Source: a bacterium (GTDB lineage Bacteria > UBA10199 > 2-02-FULL-44-16 > DYJF01). From it: a stretch of DNA of 12,962 nt. Shown here one piece after another: positions 1-6,734 of the stretch; position 1 is the first letter of the stretch; each line of letters opens with the position of its first letter. The translations under genes and the position numbers were made by a program. Where the stretch lies: positions 1 to 12,962 of the forward strand of contig JBGSNL010000040.1 in NCBI GenBank assembly GCA_041739675.1, written 5' to 3'. The notes beneath the pieces were generated by a model, which was not told the origin of the DNA, did not search any database, and worked only from the letters and a program-made list of their open reading frames with translations.

Positions 1-2
1 TG

Positions 3-398
3 CGCGACGGCCAGTACAATCTCGGCGGCGAGCAGTCGGGGCATCTTATTTTCCTGGACTACAACACGACCGGCGACGGCATCCTTGGGGCGCTTCAGGT
101 TCTGGCTCTCATGATTCAGGAAGGCAAAAGACTCTCGGAACTCAAGACAATACTCAGCCCTTTCCCGCAGGTTTTAGTCAACGTGGAAGTAAAGGAAAAA
201 CGCGACTTTCAGGTGATACCGGAGGTCAGCAAGGTTGTGGCGCGCTGCGAGAGGGAGCTCGGTAAAAACGGACGGCTGGTACTCCGCTATTCCGGCACGG
301 AGAACATCGCGCGCATAATGATCGAGGGCGAAGACATAGACCGGATACGAGACATGGCCGGCCAGCTTGCCAAGCTCATTTCAACTCATTTGGGGTAA
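3..398 (+). CDS. glmM: phosphoglucosamine mutase, C-terminal part (5'-truncated by window edge)
   Basis: Frame is open from base 3: RDGQYNLGGEQSGHLIFLDYNTTGDG..., containing the GlmM GGEQSGH motif, and later the domain-IV motif LRYSGTEN.ARIMIEG; stop TAA at 396-398. Confidence 0.95.
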   Translation, partial: RDGQYNLGGEQSGHLIFLDYNTTGDGILGALQVLALMIQEGKRLSELKTILSPFPQVLVNVEVKEKRDFQVIPEVSKVVARCERELGKNGRLVLRYSGTENIARIMIEGEDIDRIRDMAGQLAKLISTHLG

Positions 399-410
399 TT
401 TCCGAAATCT

Positions 411-1127
411 ATGATCCGACTCGGCGTAAATATCGATCATGTCGCTACGATTCGTCAGGCGCGGCAAACGCGCTATCCGGATCTTCTTGCGGCAGCTCAG
501 CAGGCCGAAGCAAGCGGAGCGGACCAGATCACGGTCCACCTCCGCGAAGACAGGCGCCATATCCAGGATGAAGACGTAAGAATTTTGAAAAACGAAATAC
601 GGCTTCCTTTGAATCTCGAAATGGCGGCGACGAAAGATATCACCGCCGTCGCGATAAAAATTCAGCCCTATTCTGCAACGTTGGTTCCAGAGAAGCGCCA
701 CGAGCAAACAACCGAACGCGGTCTCGATCTCGCGATGGAATTTCAGGTGGTCTCTCCGCACGTGGAGGCACTCAAGAAGGCCGGCATTATGGTGAGCCTC
801 TTCATCGACCCTGAAGAAGAGCAGGTGAGGGCGGCAACTGAGCTCCGCGTTTCGGCCGTCGAGTTGCATACGGGCCCGTATTCGCTTGCAATGAATATGC
901 TGACGCGCGACCGCGAACTTGAGCGCATAAGGCGGTGCGCAAGGCTCGCAAAAAAGATGGGGCTCAAGGTCGCCGCCGGACACGGACTGCATTATGAAAA
1001 CACCAAAACACTCGTGAAGGCGGTGCCCGAAATCGAGGAGCTGAATATCGGCCACGCGATAATTGCCCGAGCGATTTTTGTGGGCCTCGGCAACGCGGTC
1101 AGAGAAATGAAGGAACTACTCGCATGA
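411..1127 (+). CDS. pdxJ: pyridoxine 5'-phosphate synthase
   Basis: Signature motifs LGVNIDHVAT.RQAR, ITVHLREDRRHIQ, LNLEMA, LVPEKR, AGHGL, ELNIGHAII; 238 aa. Confidence 0.97.
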   Translation: MIRLGVNIDHVATIRQARQTRYPDLLAAAQQAEASGADQITVHLREDRRHIQDEDVRILKNEIRLPLNLEMAATKDITAVAIKIQPYSATLVPEKRHEQTTERGLDLAMEFQVVSPHVEALKKAGIMVSLFIDPEEEQVRAATELRVSAVELHTGPYSLAMNMLTRDRELERIRRCARLAKKMGLKVAAGHGLHYENTKTLVKAVPEIEELNIGHAIIARAIFVGLGNAVREMKELLA

Positions 1128-1498
1128 TCTTGGGAATCGGGGTCGACATAGTCGACGTGAGAAGGATCGAGCGCATCGTCGTCAGATGGCAGGATAGGTT
1201 CCTGCGCCGCATCTTCACCGACAGCGAGATCCGCTACTGCAACAACAAGAAGAACCCTGCGCAGCGTTTCGCGACGCGGTTTGCCGCCAAGGAGGCCTTC
1301 ATAAAGGCGCTCTTCCCGAAAGGTGCGGAGAGGATCGACTACCGCGAGATTGAAGTCGCGGAAAAGGACCGCCGCCCCTTCATCAACCTCACTGGCAGGG
1401 TGAAGCAGGAGGCGGACACCATGGCGATCAAAACCATCCACGTCATGCTTTCCCACGACGGCAACTACGGCATCGCCAACGTCGTCATTGAAGGTTAA
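1124..1498 (+). CDS. acpS: holo-[acyl-carrier-protein] synthase
   Basis: GIGVDIV N-terminus, RFAAKEAFIKA, LSHD motif; 124 aa; ATGA overlap with the pdxJ stop, the classic pdxJ-acpS pairing. Confidence 0.96.
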   Translation: MILGIGVDIVDVRRIERIVVRWQDRFLRRIFTDSEIRYCNNKKNPAQRFATRFAAKEAFIKALFPKGAERIDYREIEVAEKDRRPFINLTGRVKQEADTMAIKTIHVMLSHDGNYGIANVVIEG

Positions 1499-1500
1499 CC

Positions 1501-3048
1501 GTGAAACTTGTAACCGCAGAACAGATGCGCCGCCTTGATTTGAAGGCGACGTCCGAGTTCGGCATCCCGTCTCTCAATCTGATGGAGCGTGCCGGCACGG
1601 CCCTTGCGGAATTCGTAGCGGCACATTATCCCCCTTCGCGAGGCGCGGTGGCGGTTCTGGTCGGCCGCGGCAACAACGGCGGAGACGGCCTCGTGGCGGC
1701 GCGCGTACTTATGGAACGCGGCCACGATGTCTTTGTGTTCCTGACATCTCCGGCGACGGATCTTTCTCCGGATGCCCGCGCCAACTGGGAGCGCCTGGCG
1801 CAGCTCGCGCCGACTTTTTTCCAGATAGATCAGTCAACCGATCTGAACCTCCATTCCCTGGCGATCGCCCGCTGCGCGTGCATCATAGACGCGCTTTTCG
1901 GAACGGGGCTCTCATCCGAGATCAAGAGTCCGCATCGTGAGATAATCGATATCGTCAACACCTTGAGAATTCCGATAATCGCCTGCGACATTCCATCCGG
2001 CCTATCATCTGACACCGGCATGCCTCTTGGAAGCGCAATCCGCGCAAGATGGACCGTCACGTTCGGACTTCCTAAAATCGGCCTCTTCATCGGAAGAAGC
2101 GCGGAGTATTCCCGCGATGTCTTTATAGCCGACATCGGGTTTCCCGAAGAGGCCGTGGATCAAATAGAAACTAAAACTCATCTTATAGACCCAAGCCTTT
2201 TTGTTTCGGAGCTGACAACGCGTGAACCTCAGAGCCACAAAGGGGATTACGGCCACGTGGCTGTCTTGGCCGGCAGCAACGGAAAGCTGGGCGCGGGATA
2301 TCTCACGAGCATGGCGGTGCTTCGCGCCGGCGCCGGCCTTGTCACCTATGCTCTCCCTGAAAAGTCATTTGCAAAATTCGACGCGCGATATCCTGAGATT
2401 ATGGCCCTTTCAATACCCGATAAGGGCAGGGGGCACTTCCACTCCGATGGTCTCACTGCGGCGCTTGATCTCGTCAAAGACAAGACTGTGGCGGCGATCG
2501 GCCCGGCAATCGGAACGCACGATGAGACGCGCGCGTTCGTTATCGAGTTCGTAAAACGGGCCAGACTTCCCCTTGTCATAGATGCAGACGGACTAAATGT
2601 GCTCTCCGACAATCTCTCGGTTCTCAATTATCGCACTGACGCCACGATCCTCACACCGCATCCTGGAGAAATGGAGCGCCTCACGAAAACTCCGAAAAAA
2701 GAAGAGGACCGTCTGCCATCCGCTCTCAAACTTGCAAGCTCACACAATGTGCATGTCGTCTTGAAAGGCCACAGGACAATCGTCGCCACTCCCGATGGGT
2801 ACGCGTACATCAATCCCACAGGAAACCCTGCGATGGCTACCGCCGGCATGGGCGATGCGCTGACGGGCATGATTGCCGGATTTATCGCGCAGGGAATGAA
2901 ACCCGCTATCGCGGCCGTGGCAGGTGTCTACTGTCACGGTCTTGCAGGCGACATCGCCGCAAGACAGTTCGGAGATAGAGGTGTCGTCGCCTCCGATGTG
3001 ATCAAATGTTTCCCCGATGCGATGAATCAAGTGACTAAAGAAAAATGA
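1501..3048 (+). CDS. nnr: bifunctional NAD(P)HX epimerase / ADP-dependent NAD(P)HX dehydratase (YjeF/Nnr)
   Basis: GTG start; LMERAG, GRGNNGGDG, DALFGTG and DIPSG in the YjeF_N half; SHKGDYG, VIDADGLN, ILTPHPGE, VVLKG and ATAGMGDALTG in the carbohydrate-kinase half; 515 aa. Confidence 0.96.
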   Translation: MKLVTAEQMRRLDLKATSEFGIPSLNLMERAGTALAEFVAAHYPPSRGAVAVLVGRGNNGGDGLVAARVLMERGHDVFVFLTSPATDLSPDARANWERLAQLAPTFFQIDQSTDLNLHSLAIARCACIIDALFGTGLSSEIKSPHREIIDIVNTLRIPIIACDIPSGLSSDTGMPLGSAIRARWTVTFGLPKIGLFIGRSAEYSRDVFIADIGFPEEAVDQIETKTHLIDPSLFVSELTTREPQSHKGDYGHVAVLAGSNGKLGAGYLTSMAVLRAGAGLVTYALPEKSFAKFDARYPEIMALSIPDKGRGHFHSDGLTAALDLVKDKTVAAIGPAIGTHDETRAFVIEFVKRARLPLVIDADGLNVLSDNLSVLNYRTDATILTPHPGEMERLTKTPKKEEDRLPSALKLASSHNVHVVLKGHRTIVATPDGYAYINPTGNPAMATAGMGDALTGMIAGFIAQGMKPAIAAVAGVYCHGLAGDIAARQFGDRGVVASDVIKCFPDAMNQVTKEK

Positions 3049-3458
3049 AACACGTGACATCCTCTCCTGAAGAGACAAAAAAATTGGCGGAGAAACTCGT
3101 GTCGCAGCTCAAGGCCGGCGACGTGCTGGCGCTCGAGGGCGAGCTTGGGAGCGGCAAGACCCAATTCGTTCAGGGGCTGGCGAGGGGGTTAGGCGTCTCC
3201 GAAGATGGTTATGTGCGCTCTCCTTCATTCACTCTTCTCAACGAATACAAAGGGCGCATGCCGCTCTACCATTTTGATTTCTACAGGCTCCATGAATCGC
3301 TGGATCTGGACGATCTGGGCCTCGAAGAATATTTTGATGGCGAAGGCATCACGGTGATCGAGTGGGCCGACAAGTTTCCGGGCGCAATGCCCGCGCGAAC
3401 CGTCCACATAAAATTTGAAATCATAGACGAGAATCGCAGATCAATCGAGATGAGGTGA
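3045..3458 (+). CDS. tsaE: tRNA threonylcarbamoyladenosine biosynthesis ATPase TsaE (YjeE)
   Basis: Walker A GELGSGKT, SPSFTL, HFDFYRL and IEWA motifs; 137 aa; ATGA overlap with the nnr stop. Confidence 0.96.
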   Translation: MKHVTSSPEETKKLAEKLVSQLKAGDVLALEGELGSGKTQFVQGLARGLGVSEDGYVRSPSFTLLNEYKGRMPLYHFDFYRLHESLDLDDLGLEEYFDGEGITVIEWADKFPGAMPARTVHIKFEIIDENRRSIEMR

Positions 3459-3463
3459 GAGTC

Positions 3464-4852
3464 ATGTCATTCGATATCGCAATAATCGGAGCAGGGCCGG
3501 GAGGTTACGTTGCGGCGCTGCGCGCGGCAAGGCTGGGAGCGAAGGTCGCAGTCATAGAAAAAAAGGAGATCGGCGGGACATGTCTCAACGTCGGATGCAT
3601 ACCGACAAAGGCCCTTGTTGCGTCGGCACACGTCATCTCTGCATGCAATCGCGCGGGCGAATTCGGGGCCTCGACTTCCGGCTCCCCCATCTCTTCTCCG
3701 GATTTGAAAAAAGCCCAATTGCGGAAAGATCAGATCGTCTCCGAGCTGAGATCCGGCGTCGGACAGCTTCTGAAATCCGCAGGAGTGGAGATTATCAAAG
3801 GCGAGGCAAAATTCGCTCGTGCGGATAAAATTGAAGTGGGGGGTTCTCCGGTCGACGCGAAAAAGATTCTCATCGCGACCGGTTCCACTTGGTGGGTCCC
3901 GCCAGGAATAAAGCTGGACGGCAAGCTCGTCGTCTCGAGCGACGAAGCTCTGACATGGTCTCAAGTTCCCCAATCCCTTCTCATCGTCGGTGGCGGCGTC
4001 ATAGGATGCGAGTTCGCATCCATATTCCATGCGTTCGGCTCGAAGGTGACGATCGTGGAGGCTATGCCTTCCATATTGCCGCCGGTTGAAAAATCAATCT
4101 CAAGACTTCTTTCAAAATCGTTCAAGGATCGCGGCATAGAAATTTTAACTGAAACGACCGTTCAATCGACCGAGCCGAAAGGTGAAACTGTTTCGGTTCG
4201 GCTGTCGAGCGGCGAAGAAATGACTGCCGATAAAGTTTTGGTCTGCGTGGGAAGGCGGCCCGACACATCGACGATAGGCCTCGACAAGACATCGATTGAT
4301 CTCACCGATCGCGGCGCGATCAAGGTGAACGAAAAATTCGAGACAAGCGTGCCGGGCGTCTACGCAATCGGAGACGTGATCGGGAACCTAATGCTGGCGC
4401 ATGTTGCATCAGCAGAGGGGGTTTCATGCGTGGAGCAGATGATGGGAGAGGGAGCACCTCTGGACTACAACGCGGTGCCGTCACCCATATTCACGATTCC
4501 AGAAATGGCGGGAGTAGGCGCAACGGCCGAGGAGCTCGGCGCTAAGAAGATTACGTTCAAAACGGGAAGGTTCCCGTACGCCGCATCGGGAAAGGCGCGC
4601 TGCGACGGCGAGACCGAGGGCATGGCGGTTGTCCATGTCGATGAAAAAGGAGTCATTCTAGGCGCCCACTTTGTAGGGGTTGATGCGACGATGCTTGCCG
4701 CGGAAGCCGCGCTGGCCGTCAGGAACCGCTTGACAGCCCGCGACGTGGGAGCCACAATCCACGCACATCCGACGATATCGGAGATATTCGCCGAAGCGGC
4801 GATGGACGCCGTGGGCGAGGCGATACACAAGGCGGGAAGAACCAGGACTTAA
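3464..4852 (+). CDS. lpdA: dihydrolipoamide dehydrogenase (E3)
   Basis: FAD-binding GAGPGG, redox disulfide GGTCLNVGCIP, NAD-binding GGGVIGCE, YAIGD and C-terminal HAHPTISE. ATG 3464 has GAGGTG (3452-3457) upstream; the GTG at 3455, overlapping the tsaE stop, is an alternative start. Confidence 0.93.
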   Translation: MSFDIAIIGAGPGGYVAALRAARLGAKVAVIEKKEIGGTCLNVGCIPTKALVASAHVISACNRAGEFGASTSGSPISSPDLKKAQLRKDQIVSELRSGVGQLLKSAGVEIIKGEAKFARADKIEVGGSPVDAKKILIATGSTWWVPPGIKLDGKLVVSSDEALTWSQVPQSLLIVGGGVIGCEFASIFHAFGSKVTIVEAMPSILPPVEKSISRLLSKSFKDRGIEILTETTVQSTEPKGETVSVRLSSGEEMTADKVLVCVGRRPDTSTIGLDKTSIDLTDRGAIKVNEKFETSVPGVYAIGDVIGNLMLAHVASAEGVSCVEQMMGEGAPLDYNAVPSPIFTIPEMAGVGATAEELGAKKITFKTGRFPYAASGKARCDGETEGMAVVHVDEKGVILGAHFVGVDATMLAAEAALAVRNRLTARDVGATIHAHPTISEIFAEAAMDAVGEAIHKAGRTRT

Positions 4853-4858
4853 AACACT

Positions 4859-6103
4859 ATGTCGTTGATTGTTCAAAAATACGGCGGAACATCCGTTGCC
4901 ACGCCGGAAAAAATCAAGGCGGTGGCAAAACGCATCGCCGCGAGCAAAAAAAACGGCGACAAGATCGTCGTTGTCCTTTCGGCGATGGCCGGCGAGACGA
5001 ACCGACTGATCGATCTTGCAAAACAGGCAGGAGTGGAGCCCAACCCCAAACATCAAGACCTTTTGGTTGCCACGGGCGAGCAGGTTTCCGTTTCGCTCAT
5101 GGCAATCGCACTTGAAGAGCTTGGGATCAAAGCTGAGCCGCTTCTGGCGCATCAGGTCTCGATTCTCACCGACGGAAATCACGGAAGAGCGCGCATCCGC
5201 AATATCGACACCAAAAAATTGCTTCAAATAGTTGACGAGGGAACAGTCGCGGTCGTGGCAGGTTTTCAGGGTGTGACGGAAGAGGGTGCGATCACGACGA
5301 TCGGCCGCGGTGGCAGCGACGTCACTGCCGTTGCAATTGCCGCCGCTCTGTCTCAGGTCTCAGGTCTCAGGTCTCAGGTCTCGTGCGAGATTTTCACCGA
5401 CGTTGACGGAGTGTTCACCGCGGATCCCCGTATCTGCCAAAAATCCAGAAAACTTAGCCGAATATCCTATGAAGAGATGCTGGAGCTTGCCGACGCCGGC
5501 GCAAAGGTTTTACATACCCGCGCTGTGGAAATCGCCGCAAAATATAGTTTACCGGTTCACGTCCGCTCCACGTTCAACGACAGCGACGGAACATGGGTCG
5601 TGCCCGAGGAGGAGAAAATGGAAGACGCCCTGGTTTCAGGAATAACCTGCAACTTGAACGAAGCGAAGGTCGCGATCCGCCGTGTTCCGGACAAAGTAGG
5701 GATCACCGCGAAGATCTTCGAGCCCATCTCGAAGGCTCAAATTAACGTGGACATGATCCTCCAGAACGTATCCGCGGACGGCTACACCGATCTCACGTTC
5801 ACGGTGCCCAAAGAGGATCTGAAGCGGGCCATCGCCCTCACGGAAGTCGTAGCGCGCCAGGTTGAAGCGGGAAGGGTGGAGGCGGCCGGCGATATAGCGA
5901 AGATTTCGGTGGTTGGTCTGGGTATGCGAAGTCATGCGGGTATCGCGCACACGATGTTCGCAGCGCTTGCAAAAGAAGGAATCGGCGTCCAGATGATAGG
6001 CACCTCGGAAATCAAGGTGTCGATCGTCATCGAGATGAAATACGCGGAGCTCGCGGTGCGGACGCTGCATGACGCTTTTCATCTGGAAATGAAGAAAACT
6101 TAG
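4859..6103 (+). CDS. lysC: aspartate kinase (alpha subunit)
   Basis: VQKYGGTSV, VVLSAM, VAGFQG, GRGGSD, TDVDGV.TADP and GAKVLH motifs, followed by two ACT domains ending TSEIKVS; 414 aa. Confidence 0.97.
   Translation: MSLIVQKYGGTSVATPEKIKAVAKRIAASKKNGDKIVVVLSAMAGETNRLIDLAKQAGVEPNPKHQDLLVATGEQVSVSLMAIALEELGIKAEPLLAHQVSILTDGNHGRARIRNIDTKKLLQIVDEGTVAVVAGFQGVTEEGAITTIGRGGSDVTAVAIAAALSQVSGLRSQVSCEIFTDVDGVFTADPRICQKSRKLSRISYEEMLELADAGAKVLHTRAVEIAAKYSLPVHVRSTFNDSDGTWVVPEEEKMEDALVSGITCNLNEAKVAIRRVPDKVGITAKIFEPISKAQINVDMILQNVSADGYTDLTFTVPKEDLKRAIALTEVVARQVEAGRVEAAGDIAKISVVGLGMRSHAGIAHTMFAALAKEGIGVQMIGTSEIKVSIVIEMKYAELAVRTLHDAFHLEMKKT
5350..5382 (+). repeat. perfect heptamer tandem repeat (GTCTCAG)x4 + GTCTC inside lysC
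   Basis: Read directly: gtctcag gtctcag gtctcag gtctcag gtctc; encodes SQVSGLRSQVS. Confidence 0.95.
5618..6103 (+). CDS. probable aspartate kinase beta subunit from an internal in-frame start (161 aa, ACT domains only)
   Basis: AGGAGG at 5607-5612, 5 nt before the in-frame ATG (Met254, MEDALVSGI), at the position where alpha2beta2 aspartokinases start their beta chain. Confidence 0.6.
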   Translation: MEDALVSGITCNLNEAKVAIRRVPDKVGITAKIFEPISKAQINVDMILQNVSADGYTDLTFTVPKEDLKRAIALTEVVARQVEAGRVEAAGDIAKISVVGLGMRSHAGIAHTMFAALAKEGIGVQMIGTSEIKVSIVIEMKYAELAVRTLHDAFHLEMKKT

Positions 6104-6118
6104 CCTGGAATTTGACTT

Positions 6119-6484
6119 ATGATCCGTGGCAGCCTGATACTGCTTGTTCTCGCTTTTTTTGCCGTCTTCTGGCACGGCACAAATTTCACTCCCAAGACAG
6201 TTCCTTCAATCGATCTCGCCAAAATCACTCAAACGATTTATCCCGAACAGAGGTTTCTGCTTACCGGGCCGGCCAATATCAACACGGCGACAATCGAGGA
6301 ACTGGAGGCCATTCCGTTCATAGGCCCTTCGATGGCAAAAAAAATCGCCGATTTCCGTGGCAGTCACGGCCGGATTGCGGATGCTCAAGAATTACTTGAA
6401 ATAAAGGGAATAGGGCCCCGTATATTAGAAAGAATTAAGCCATATTTCGTGTACGGGACGGGGAATACGGCAGGCCACTTGTAG
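6119..6484 (+). CDS. ComEA-family helix-hairpin-helix DNA-binding protein
   Basis: N-terminal hydrophobic anchor (LILLVLAFFAVFW), NINTAT.EEL and two HhH motifs (IPFIGPSMAKKI, IKGIGPRILERI); 121 aa. Confidence 0.88.
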   Translation: MIRGSLILLVLAFFAVFWHGTNFTPKTVPSIDLAKITQTIYPEQRFLLTGPANINTATIEELEAIPFIGPSMAKKIADFRGSHGRIADAQELLEIKGIGPRILERIKPYFVYGTGNTAGHL

Positions 6485-6685
6485 TTGGCCCAGCAACTCT
6501 GGCTATCGCCAAAACCGATAAAGGGGCTGGCGTAACGGGAATGTAAATTGGTATGGCAACGCATTTTGAAAGGTGTTATAGCGGCAATTATCATTATGAT
6601 AGGCAAAACCCACTCACTTCAGATTTTTCGCTGGCAAAACGCCTTGATTTCCATAAACATTGGGCTTCGGGCTTCAAATGCAGAC

Positions 6686-6701
6686 TGGCACAACGTTTGC
6701 T
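6686..6701 (+). promoter_or_regulatory. sigma54 (RpoN) -24/-12 promoter
   Basis: TGGCACAACGTTTGCT: GG-N10-GC spacing is exact, with TGGCAC and TTGCT blocks; it ends 33 nt upstream of the ATG at 6735, in an AT-rich intergenic region. Confidence 0.75.
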
Positions 6702-6724
6702 GTAAGTCTATATGGTAAAACAAT

Positions 6725-6729
6725 GGAGG
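6725..6729 (+). promoter_or_regulatory. ribosome-binding site of the large surface-protein gene
   Basis: GGAGG 5 nt before ATG 6735. Confidence 0.75.
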
Positions 6730-6734
6730 TATGT

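Noticed and set aside
5356..5382. Four tandem GGTCTC (BsaI) sites suggesting a synthetic construct
   Set aside because: They are an automatic by-product of the GTCTCAG unit; there is no vector or linker context and the reading frame is intact.
381..6175. Many minus-strand and alternative-frame ORFs over the housekeeping genes (e.g. 381-1055, 3467-4030, 4658-5227, 5636-6175)
   Set aside because: They are shadows of well-supported + strand genes in GC-rich DNA and have no recognisable motifs.
6490..6530. Imperfect hairpin after comEA (CCAGC..TATCG/CGATA..GCTGG) as a terminator
   Set aside because: Interrupted stem with no U-tract; too weak to call.
6385..6606. 73-aa minus-strand ORF in the intergenic region
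   Set aside because: Overlaps comEA, has no motif, and lies in a probable regulatory region.
6660..6734. ORF-track start at 6660 for the giant protein
   Set aside because: It would bury the signal peptide and overlap the sigma54 promoter; ATG 6735 has a GGAGG RBS.
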